From contig JAGLTS010000005.1 in NCBI GenBank assembly GCA_023135165.1, forward strand, positions 2,745-66,744: a stretch of DNA of 64,000 nt, given 5' to 3'. The position numbers and the translations under genes were made by a program. Source of the stretch: Phycisphaerales bacterium (GTDB lineage Bacteria; Planctomycetota; Phycisphaerae; Phycisphaerales; JAGLTS01). This document shows, piece after piece, positions 47,792-56,178 of this stretch; position 1 is the stretch's first letter, and each line of letters starts with the position of its first letter. The notes under the pieces were generated by a model. That model searched no databases and was not told the origin of the DNA. It was given only the letters and a program-made list of their open reading frames with translations.

Positions 47792-49132
47792 ATGACGACA
47801 CGCACGAAACAGCGCCAGCCGGCAAATCCGTACTTGCAGCGAGCCCGGACCTACGAGAAGGCGATGGTCCGGTTCCTGCGTGACCTGATCGCTATTCCCT
47901 CGGAATCAGCGGAGGAAGGCGAGGTCATCGCGCGGATTCGCCGGGAGATGGAGGCGACCGGTGCGTTTGACCGCATCTGGACCGACAAGATGGGCAACCT
48001 CCTCGGCATGGTCGGTCGGCCGGGCAAGGGCAAAATGCTCCTCGCCATCGACGCCCACGTCGACACCGTCGGCATCGGCGACCGGGCGGAGTGGAAGCAC
48101 GATCCCTACCGGGGCAAGGTCGAGGCGGGCAAGGTCTGGGGCAGAGGCGCGGGCGACCAGGAGGGGGCGATCCCGGCGATGGTCTACGCAGCCAAGATCA
48201 TGCGCGATCTGGATCTCGACCTCTCCGAGTACTGCGTGCTGATGACCTTCACCGTCATGGAGGAGGACTGCGACGGCCTGTGCTGGCAGTACATCATCAA
48301 CGAGGATGGCATTCGCCCCGATGCGGTCGTCATTACCGACTCGACGAACTGCTGCATCCTGCGCGGACATCGCGGACGCATGGAGATCGGCGTCACGTGC
48401 ACCGGCCGATCCTGCCACGGCTCGATGCCGGACAAGGGCGTCAACGCGGTGTACAAGATCGCCAAGATCGTCAATGAGATTGAAAAGCTGAACACTCGAC
48501 TGCGAAGCGATCCGTTCCTCGGCAAGGGCACGATCACGGTCAGCTTCATCGACTGCAAGACGCCCAGCCTGTGTGCCGTGCCGGGGCAGGCGTTCATTCA
48601 CCTGGATCGCAGGCTCACGCTCGGTGAGACGAAGGCGTCGGCTGTGGCGGAGGTGAAGGATGCGGTGAAACGAGCAGGCGTGAAGGCGAAGGTGCAGGTG
48701 CTCCGCTACGCCCGCCCGAGTTACACGGGGCTGACCTACGAGACGGAGAAGTACTTCCCGACATGGTGCGAGCCGGAGGATGCGCTGCAAGTCCGTGCTG
48801 CGATCAAGGCGCATCGGGAAGCGCTCGGCCGACAGCCGACCGTGCATCGCTGGACGTTCAGCACCAACGCCGTCGCCATCGCGGGCATGCACGGCATCCC
48901 ATGCGTCGGGTTCGGCCCGGCGCCGGAGAACGTCGCGCACACGGTGAACGACTCGGTTCCGATCAAGCACATGGTGAACTGCGCCGCGTTCTACGCACGA
49001 TTCGGCCAGGCGTACTGCGATCTCGCCGCCGGCCGAGAGCACCGCACGCCGATGAGCTTCAAGCGAAAGCACCCCACTGTTGAGCCTCGCCCCAAAGGGA
49101 AGCGCGATGCGCGAAAGAAGGATGGCCCATGA
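47792..49132 (+). CDS. ygeY: YgeY-type M20 family peptidase/hydrolase
   Basis: 446 aa from ATG at 47792. LRDLIAIPSESAEE, IDAHVDTVG, WGRGAGDQEGA and MEEDCDGLCW resemble the YgeY subfamily as I recall it. Confidence 0.8.
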   Translation: MTTRTKQRQPANPYLQRARTYEKAMVRFLRDLIAIPSESAEEGEVIARIRREMEATGAFDRIWTDKMGNLLGMVGRPGKGKMLLAIDAHVDTVGIGDRAEWKHDPYRGKVEAGKVWGRGAGDQEGAIPAMVYAAKIMRDLDLDLSEYCVLMTFTVMEEDCDGLCWQYIINEDGIRPDAVVITDSTNCCILRGHRGRMEIGVTCTGRSCHGSMPDKGVNAVYKIAKIVNEIEKLNTRLRSDPFLGKGTITVSFIDCKTPSLCAVPGQAFIHLDRRLTLGETKASAVAEVKDAVKRAGVKAKVQVLRYARPSYTGLTYETEKYFPTWCEPEDALQVRAAIKAHREALGRQPTVHRWTFSTNAVAIAGMHGIPCVGFGPAPENVAHTVNDSVPIKHMVNCAAFYARFGQAYCDLAAGREHRTPMSFKRKHPTVEPRPKGKRDARKKDGP

Positions 49133-50163
49133 CAAGCCTCAAAGGCAGGGACTACATCGAAACACAGGATCTCGCGCTCAACGAGCTGAGTCTGCTGCTT
49201 GACACGACTGCCGAGCTGAAGGAGAAGTTCCACCGCGGGGAACCGACGCTGCTGCTTCCTCATCAGACGGCGTACCTGCTGTTCTTCGACAAATCCACGC
49301 GCACGCGCAACGCATTCGAAGCGGGGATGACACAACTTGGCGGGCACGCGCACTTCCTGGATGTCGCACTCACGCAAATCAGCCACGGCGAAACCGCCGC
49401 CGACACGGGGCGCATCCTCGGCGCGATGGGGCACGGCATCTGTGTCCGCCACGACTTGGTCCTCGGCGAAGGCAATCGTTACATGCGCGAGATGGCGGAG
49501 GCGACCGATGTCCCCATCATCAACATGCAATGCGATGTGGACCACCCGACGCAGACGCTCGCGGACATCTTCACGATGCGGGAGCGTTTCGGGAAGGATG
49601 TGAGCGGCCTGAAGATCGCCGTGACGTGGGCCTATGCACCGTCCTACGCCAAGCCGCTCAGCGTGCCGCAGGGGCTGATCACACTGATGACGCGCTTCGG
49701 CATGCACGTGACGCTCGCCCATCCGCCAGGCTACGATCTCATCGGCCGAACGCTTGACGATGCGAAGAACAACGCGCGTGCAACGGGCGGGTCGTTCGAG
49801 ATCGTTGACGACATGGATGCTGCGTTCGCAGGCGCGGACATCGTCTATCCCAAGAGTTGGGGCGTGCATGAACTGATGCTCGAAAGGCAGCTTGCGACGA
49901 CCCAGGCTGCGATCGACGAGAACCAGCGGGCCTGTCTTGCCATGAACGATAAGCACAAAGGCTGGATCTGCGATGAGCGCCGCATGGCCCTGGCGAAGAA
50001 GGAGGCGGTCTACATGCACTGCCTCCCCGCTGACCGGGGCTATGAGGTCACGGATGCGGTCATCGACGGCCCGCAGTCGATCGTCTTCCAGGAGGCGGAG
50101 AACAGGCTCCACACCGCCAAGGCGATCATGGCCTGCACCATGCGCGAGCGACCGTTTGTGTAA
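49129..50163 (+). CDS. ygeW: YgeW-type knotted carbamoyltransferase
   Basis: 344 aa. STRTR, DHPTQTLAD, and the long block IAVTWAYAPSYAKPLSVPQGLITLMTRFGMHVTLAHPPGYDL closely follow E. coli YgeW as I recall it. 4-nt overlap with ygeY. Confidence 0.85.
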   Translation: MTSLKGRDYIETQDLALNELSLLLDTTAELKEKFHRGEPTLLLPHQTAYLLFFDKSTRTRNAFEAGMTQLGGHAHFLDVALTQISHGETAADTGRILGAMGHGICVRHDLVLGEGNRYMREMAEATDVPIINMQCDVDHPTQTLADIFTMRERFGKDVSGLKIAVTWAYAPSYAKPLSVPQGLITLMTRFGMHVTLAHPPGYDLIGRTLDDAKNNARATGGSFEIVDDMDAAFAGADIVYPKSWGVHELMLERQLATTQAAIDENQRACLAMNDKHKGWICDERRMALAKKEAVYMHCLPADRGYEVTDAVIDGPQSIVFQEAENRLHTAKAIMACTMRERPFV

Positions 50164-50256
50164 CTACCGCAGCGCACATCGTTGATCCGCACGCTGGAAT
50201 AGCCGATACAAGCACGTTTCCCCCCATCGTGGGTGTTACATTGAGGTGATTCACTC

Positions 50257-51219
50257 ATGAGTGATACGGACAAGACCATGGTTGTCGCGCTCGGCGGCAA
50301 TGCGATCAGCGACCCGAGCGAGGAAGGCAACATCAACCAGCAGTTCGAGCGCAGTCGGCACACCGCGCGCGTGCTCTGCGATGCGGTCCAGCGCGGATAC
50401 CGCCTCATCATCACGCATGGGAACGGCCCGCAGGTCGGCAACGTGCTCCGCCGCGCGGAGATCGCATCCGGCGAGTTGTATATGATCCCGCTTGAGATCT
50501 GCGTCGCCGACACGCAGGCGGGCATGGGCTATATGATCGGCCAGTGCATCACCAATGAACTCATGGCGCGCGGCATCGAGAAGCAGATCACGACCGTCGT
50601 CACATCCGTGCTCGTTGACCGCGACGATCCCGCGTTCGCCAATCCGACCAAGCCGATCGGTTCGCGCGTGAGCGAGGCGCAGGCGGAGCAGCATCGCGCT
50701 GAGGATGGCTGGACGATGGTGCAGGTTGATGATGATCTGTATCGGCGCGTCGTCGCATCACCTCCGCCGGTGGAGATCCTGGAACTGCCGGTCATACGCA
50801 GGCTCATCGACGCGGGCGATCTGGTCATCGCCTGCGGCGGCGGCGGGATACCCGTCATCCTCAACGACGAGCGTCATTATCGAGGTGCCGCAGCGGTCAT
50901 CGACAAGGATCGCACATCCGCACTGCTCGCCAGGGAACTCGACGCGGATATCCTTGTGATTCTCACATCGGTTGATCGTGTGTATATCAACTTCGGCAAG
51001 CCCGATGAGCGAGGACTCGACTGCCTCACGGTCGGCGAGGCAAAGGACCTTCTGGATGCCGGTCAGTTCCCGGAAGGCTCGATGGGGCCGAAGATCCAAT
51101 CTGCGATCGACTTCGTGACACAGTCGAGCAAGGCGGATGCCGCGGTCATCATCGCGCAGCTCGACAAACTCACCGAGGCGCTCGATGGAACCAGCGGTAC
51201 GCGCATCACGCGCGGGTAG
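50257..51219 (+). CDS. arcC: carbamate kinase
   Basis: 320 aa. VVALGGNAI, ITHGNGPQVG, ACGGGGIPV and AVIDKD. Confidence 0.9.
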   Translation: MSDTDKTMVVALGGNAISDPSEEGNINQQFERSRHTARVLCDAVQRGYRLIITHGNGPQVGNVLRRAEIASGELYMIPLEICVADTQAGMGYMIGQCITNELMARGIEKQITTVVTSVLVDRDDPAFANPTKPIGSRVSEAQAEQHRAEDGWTMVQVDDDLYRRVVASPPPVEILELPVIRRLIDAGDLVIACGGGGIPVILNDERHYRGAAAVIDKDRTSALLARELDADILVILTSVDRVYINFGKPDERGLDCLTVGEAKDLLDAGQFPEGSMGPKIQSAIDFVTQSSKADAAVIIAQLDKLTEALDGTSGTRITRG

Positions 51220-51266
51220 CCTGGCGCGCACAACCGTGCTGCGAAGTCGAAGGCGGATTGCTGCGT

Positions 51267-51956
51267 TCATCGCTCCCAGCCGCATTCCGCGCACCCTTGT
51301 TCGCGACTTCCACGCAGGTCATAGCCACAATTGGGGCAGCAGCCGCGGCGTCGGCGAGATCTGCGTCGGAGCATGTGCCAAGTCGCGTGCAGAGCACACA
51401 CGATTGACCCGTAGAAGAGCGCATTGACGGCCGTCCCCACCAGCATCGGCCGAAGCGGAATGCAGCTCACAGCGCTGCCGCGAACGGAGGATGGAGCCCA
51501 CAGCCAGGACGGACGCGGAATCGCGTCCTCGTAAATCAAGCGCTGCTTGTAGCTACGAACTGCGCCGGCAAGAGAGCGCGCCGGCCAACCAACCTCCGTG
51601 ATGCTCACGACGTCGACCGCGGCACGGACGGACTCGTCGTAGGTGGCATCGGCTTCGGTAAAGCTAAAGCTGGCAATCGCGCTCACGCGGATCTGAGTGC
51701 GGAGCGTCGTTCGCCATACGAAGGCTGCGTAGCACCCGACCTCATCGTCAAAGAGCGGCTTGCGATCTCCCCATATCTCGGCAGCCCTGGAGTTGAGTCC
51801 CCAAGGCAAGGCGGTCATCTCGTCTGACGGTGGTGCCCAGAGCGAGCAGGCGGTCGCGACCATCACGTTGATCGCGAGACCACAGACCAGGTAGATCAAG
51901 CCGCAGAGCACCACTCGTCTGATGGATGAAGCTGTGAAACGCATCGAACGGTTCAT
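51267..51956 (-). CDS. hypothetical membrane protein with C-terminal CxxC...CxxC zinc-ribbon
   Basis: N- and C-terminal TM helices, then RRRSRRRRGCCPNCGYDLRGSREQGCAECGW. Candidate starts are ATG 51956/51944, or GTG 51992 overlapping the ssnA stop. Confidence 0.55.
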   Translation of the reverse strand: MNRSMRFTASSIRRVVLCGLIYLVCGLAINVMVATACSLWAPPSDEMTALPWGLNSRAAEIWGDRKPLFDDEVGCYAAFVWRTTLRTQIRVSAIASFSFTEADATYDESVRAAVDVVSITEVGWPARSLAGAVRSYKQRLIYEDAIPRPSWLWAPSSVRGSAVSCIPLRPMLVGTAVNALFYGSIVCALHATWHMLRRRSRRRRGCCPNCGYDLRGSREQGCAECGWER

Positions 51957-51988
51957 CCCAAGATCACCGGCAAGCGTTGCAACCCTCT

Positions 51989-53329
51989 TCACTCACACGC
52001 GATCGTCGCCATGCGGTCGTAGAGCAATTGCGCCTGTCGCTGCGCATCACGGAGCGTCTCGGCCTCATCACATGACACAGCCTTGCCGTCGCGCAGCCGC
52101 CAGTGACCGTCGATCATCACATCCCGCACATGCTGAGCGCCCATTGCGAAGATGACGTGGCCGGCGAGGTTCGTCTCGTCCATCGGCGTCGCGGGACGGT
52201 ACGAGGTGAGGACCAGATCCGCTGCTGCACCGACATCCAATACGCCCAGCGTCACACCCAGGCGCGTTGACGCCGCCCGCGCAGCGCGGCTGAGCAATCG
52301 CAGGCACACATCAGGCGTGATGCCAAGATGTGCATCCCGACTCTTGAAAAACGCTGTCTGCGCTTCGGTCCACATATCACCGTCGATACCATCCGTGCCG
52401 AGCATTACAGGCAGCGTGTACTTGGCAACGGGTGAGTATCCCACGCCGTTCTTCATATTCGAGCGCGGGTTGTGCGCCACGACCAGCGCATCGGCTCGTT
52501 CATTCAGCGAGGCGATGTCACTATCCGGAAAGTACGTGCCGTGCACAATGATCGTGCCGGGCACATCGAGCAGACCGGATCGCTCGAATCGCTCCAGCAA
52601 CCCGCAGTCGACGTTCGCGCGCGTGAGTCGCTCATCGACGGGATCTTCGGCGGCGTGAATGTGCATCGGCGCGCCGAGGCGTTGCGCGAGATCGACGCAT
52701 GCCGCAAGCGACTCCTCACCCAGAGTGAAGCTCGCGTGCGCGCCGACCATCCCCGCGAAGCATCCGTCGCTTCTCGTTTCACATGCGTTGATGTAGCGAT
52801 CGTTCTCCCGCAGGCCGTGCGCTGCCCCATCCAACCCGTTGCGATCAGTGACCTCGTAACACAGCACGCCTCGGCAGCCGACCCGCGCGATCCCTCGCTC
52901 AAGCGCATCGAGGCTCCCGTCGATCGCGTTCGGCGAAGCATGGTGGTCGATCAGCGTCGTCGTCCCGCATCGCAAGGCGCTCAGCGCCCCGATTAACCCG
53001 CTGCACTGGACACTCTCCATCGTGTGCGCGCGGTCCAGTCGCCACCAGACGTAGCGCAGATTCTCATGGAAGTTCGTCGCCGTCCGCGGCGGCGCGGGCA
53101 TCCCGGCGGCGAGCGCCGAGTACAGGTGTGTGTGCCCGTTCACCAAGCCCGGCATGAGCACCGCGCCGTCGCACTGAATGACCTCATCGCCCGGCTCGGC
53201 TGTGATGTCATCACCGATCGCTGTGATGCATCCGTTCTCCTGCCTGAGATCCCCTATCCTCGCACGTGGGGGTTCGAACTGAACGAGCAGCGCGCTGCGA
53301 AATACCGTTCCCATACCTTTGCTCCACAC
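51989..53329 (-). CDS. ssnA: SsnA-type amidohydrolase (chlorohydrolase/deaminase family)
   Basis: 446 aa. Metal-binding GLVNGHTHLYS, then TTLIDHHASP ... MHIHAAED. Confidence 0.8.
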   Translation of the reverse strand: MWSKGMGTVFRSALLVQFEPPRARIGDLRQENGCITAIGDDITAEPGDEVIQCDGAVLMPGLVNGHTHLYSALAAGMPAPPRTATNFHENLRYVWWRLDRAHTMESVQCSGLIGALSALRCGTTTLIDHHASPNAIDGSLDALERGIARVGCRGVLCYEVTDRNGLDGAAHGLRENDRYINACETRSDGCFAGMVGAHASFTLGEESLAACVDLAQRLGAPMHIHAAEDPVDERLTRANVDCGLLERFERSGLLDVPGTIIVHGTYFPDSDIASLNERADALVVAHNPRSNMKNGVGYSPVAKYTLPVMLGTDGIDGDMWTEAQTAFFKSRDAHLGITPDVCLRLLSRAARAASTRLGVTLGVLDVGAAADLVLTSYRPATPMDETNLAGHVIFAMGAQHVRDVMIDGHWRLRDGKAVSCDEAETLRDAQRQAQLLYDRMATIACE

Positions 53330-53335
53330 GCCGAA

Positions 53336-54787
53336 TCACAGAAGATCAAGCACACCCGTCTCGCGGTTAAATGATTCGATCAGTCGATCCCATTCTTCAA
53401 CCTGGTTGAATGTACGCACCCAGAAGTCCGGGTCCCAGAGTTCACGCAGCGCCTCGACGGTCTTCCCCTGCTGCTCAATCCACGTAAAATACTTGAAGTT
53501 GTGCAGTGCCTTACGATCGAAGTATGTCAGCTCACGCATGTGATCCATGACGACGCCGTCAATGTACCGAGCTTGATCGGCGATCGCCCGCTCGGTCGTG
53601 TACGGCCCTCGCTCGTCACTGAGGTCGCGCAGTCTGCTTTCATAGAGATCCGCGGAATCGGTCAGGCACGTGAAGATCACATCCCGGCTGCCGAACTCGT
53701 GATACTGCGCCGTCTTGATCGCCGTGATGAGGTTGCAGATGCTCGAAATCCCGAGCAGCGGCAACTGCGCGACAAAATCGCCGGTCAGCGTACGCATCAG
53801 GTATTCGTGCCCAACAGGTTCGTTGAACAAACGCAATAGCGACATGCACTGTTCATCGTCGATCGCGCACACCATGTCCGTGTTGCGCACATTGTGTATC
53901 CACGGCACATGCTTGTCGCCGATGCCTTCGATGCGATGGCCGCCGAAGCCGAACTGGTACAGTGTCGGGCATTGCAGCGCCTCGGAAACAACGACTCTCA
54001 TCAGCGGGTGTTTCGTTCTCAGGAAGTCCCCCGCCGCCACCGTTCCCGCGCTGCCCGTGGCGGAGACGTATGCCGCGAGTTGATGCCCTTCGCCGAGGCG
54101 CTCGAAGATCTCCTGGATTATCGAGCCTGTCATGTGGTAATGCCACACCGCGTTCCCGAACTCATCAAACTGATTGAAAATCACGCAATCGGGACGTGTC
54201 TTACGGATCTCCCAGCACTTGTCGTAGACCTCCTTGACGTTCGACTCGCAGCCGGGCGTGGCGATGACCTCCGCGCCGATGCTCTCCAACCAGTCGAACC
54301 GTTCCCGGCTCATCTCCTCGGGCAAGATCGCAACGGCTGTGCAATCAAGCAGCGCCGAATCAAACGCACCGCCCCGACAGTAGTTACCTGTGCTCGGCCA
54401 GACCGCCTTGTTGACCGTTGGATCGAACTGACCTGTCACGAGGCGCGGCACGAGGCAGCCGAACGCGGCGCCGACCTTGTGCGAACCGGTGGGAAAGTAT
54501 TTGCCGACGAGTCCAATGATCCTGGCCTCCACACCGGTGAGTTCCGGCGGGAATTCGATCCACGTCCCGTCGCCGAACAGCCCGCCGTGCTCGACCGGCT
54601 CGTTTTTCCATGTGATTCGGAAGAGGTCGATGGGGTCGATCTCCCACAGGCCGACCTCTTTCAAGCGGCTCTTGACCTTCTCCGGCACGAGGTGCGGATC
54701 GCGCTGCTGGGCGAACGTCGGAATCAGGATGCGCCGCTCCCTGCAGCGCTGAATCGTGCGAGCCAAGACCTCTTCGTTTATCTGCAC
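53336..54787 (-). CDS. fold-type II PLP-dependent enzyme (cysteine synthase/TrpB-like superfamily), function unknown
   Basis: 483 aa from GTG at 54787 (GGAG 8 nt upstream; the track start at 54838 overlaps the upstream gene). PLP-lysine motif FPTGSHKVGAAF, and SATGSAGT. Confidence 0.7.
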   Translation of the reverse strand: MQINEEVLARTIQRCRERRILIPTFAQQRDPHLVPEKVKSRLKEVGLWEIDPIDLFRITWKNEPVEHGGLFGDGTWIEFPPELTGVEARIIGLVGKYFPTGSHKVGAAFGCLVPRLVTGQFDPTVNKAVWPSTGNYCRGGAFDSALLDCTAVAILPEEMSRERFDWLESIGAEVIATPGCESNVKEVYDKCWEIRKTRPDCVIFNQFDEFGNAVWHYHMTGSIIQEIFERLGEGHQLAAYVSATGSAGTVAAGDFLRTKHPLMRVVVSEALQCPTLYQFGFGGHRIEGIGDKHVPWIHNVRNTDMVCAIDDEQCMSLLRLFNEPVGHEYLMRTLTGDFVAQLPLLGISSICNLITAIKTAQYHEFGSRDVIFTCLTDSADLYESRLRDLSDERGPYTTERAIADQARYIDGVVMDHMRELTYFDRKALHNFKYFTWIEQQGKTVEALRELWDPDFWVRTFNQVEEWDRLIESFNRETGVLDLL

Positions 54788-54791
54788 AGCT

Positions 54792-56039
54792 TCACTCCGT
54801 TCTCGCCCCCGACCGGTCAATCGCGTCGGTGAGCGCATCCATAGTCGGCTCGATGCGGATCGGTTCGCCCCCTGCCGCGATCGCCGAGCGCGTGTCCTTC
54901 AGGCCGCTCCCCGTGATGAGCGCCAAGACACGATCCGTTGCTTGGATCGTTCCGCCGTTCACCGCGTGAGCCATCCCGGCGACCGCCGCCGCCGCTGCGG
55001 GTTCCGCGAACACGCCGTGCCGACCCGCGGTGCGCATTGCTTCGAGAATCTGATCATCCGTGACGCCCACGATGGCGCCGTTTGATTCCTTGAGTGCCCG
55101 GACCGCCTTGCGCCAGTTGCGCGGCGCCTGCACGTTGATACTGTCAGCCACGGTCGTCCGATCGTTCGCGGCAGGCAGCTCGCCGTGCTCCAGCGCATGG
55201 GCGATCGGCGCGACGGCTGTCCCCTGCACGCCGAGCAGTCTCGGCAGCCGACCGATCACGCCGATGTTGTGCATCTCCACAAGCCCCTTCCAGATCCCGG
55301 CGATCGTGCAGCCATCCCCCATGCTCACGACAACCCAGTCCGGCACGCCGCCGAACGCAAGGCACTGCTCCGCGATCTCCAACCCACCCGTCTTCTTCCC
55401 TTCGACGAGCACGGGGTTGATCGCACAGTTGCGGTTGTACCAGCCGAACCGCTCACATGCTGATGAACACAGACGGTACGCCTCGTCGTATGACCCCTTT
55501 ACAGCAAGCACCGTCGCGCCGTACACGAGCAGTTGCGCAAGCTTCGGCTCCGGCGCCGTCTCCGGCACGAAGATCACCGCGCGCAGCCCCGCCAGCGCTG
55601 CAAACCCAGCCAAGCTCGTCGCTGCGTTTCCCGTCGATGCGCAGGCGACGGTCGTCGCGCCGCGTTGCAGCGCATCGGCCACGCCCACCGAACTGGCACG
55701 GTCCTTGAACGAGGCTGTCAGCCCCCGGCTTTCATCCTTGAGCAAGAGTTGCTCAATGCCCAACTCACCGGCCAGTCGCTTGGCATTGATGATCGGCGTC
55801 CACCCGACCTGCCAATGATGGGGAATCGCACCCTCATCCAGCGGCAAAAGCTCGTGATAACGCCAATGCGAGTGCGCCCGACCCTCCAGTGGATCATCGC
55901 GCCATGCTCGGTGGACGGCATCCAGGTCGTAGAGAATGTCCAGAATCCCGTCGTCAGGCCCGCAATCGGGGCACGCCATCGTCACTTCGCCCGGCTCGAA
56001 CGATCGGCCGCACGACACGCACGCCAAATTGACGATCAT
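54792..56039 (-). CDS. threonine-synthase-like PLP enzyme with N-terminal Cys4 ribbon
   Basis: 415 aa from ATG at 56039. CVSCGRSF ... CPDCG ribbon. PLP motif TASFKDRAS. ASTGNAA and ITGSGLKD. Confidence 0.75.
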   Translation of the reverse strand: MIVNLACVSCGRSFEPGEVTMACPDCGPDDGILDILYDLDAVHRAWRDDPLEGRAHSHWRYHELLPLDEGAIPHHWQVGWTPIINAKRLAGELGIEQLLLKDESRGLTASFKDRASSVGVADALQRGATTVACASTGNAATSLAGFAALAGLRAVIFVPETAPEPKLAQLLVYGATVLAVKGSYDEAYRLCSSACERFGWYNRNCAINPVLVEGKKTGGLEIAEQCLAFGGVPDWVVVSMGDGCTIAGIWKGLVEMHNIGVIGRLPRLLGVQGTAVAPIAHALEHGELPAANDRTTVADSINVQAPRNWRKAVRALKESNGAIVGVTDDQILEAMRTAGRHGVFAEPAAAAAVAGMAHAVNGGTIQATDRVLALITGSGLKDTRSAIAAGGEPIRIEPTMDALTDAIDRSGARTE

Positions 56040-56178
56040 GGATGACACGAATACACCTCGGGTCGCCACTGTATCGCACGCGGACCGCTGGGACTACCGT
56101 TGCGCCTGTCCGACACGTCGTCGTTGTCCCCAGCCCCCATCGGCACTACGCTCACGGAACCGCGAACGGACCATACCC

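Noticed and set aside
55936-56178. Upstream extension of the YgfK-like ORF
   Set aside because: Overlaps the divergent ThrC-like gene on the other strand. The YgfK-like homology starts at MTDLVCAPFLDL (ATG 56179).
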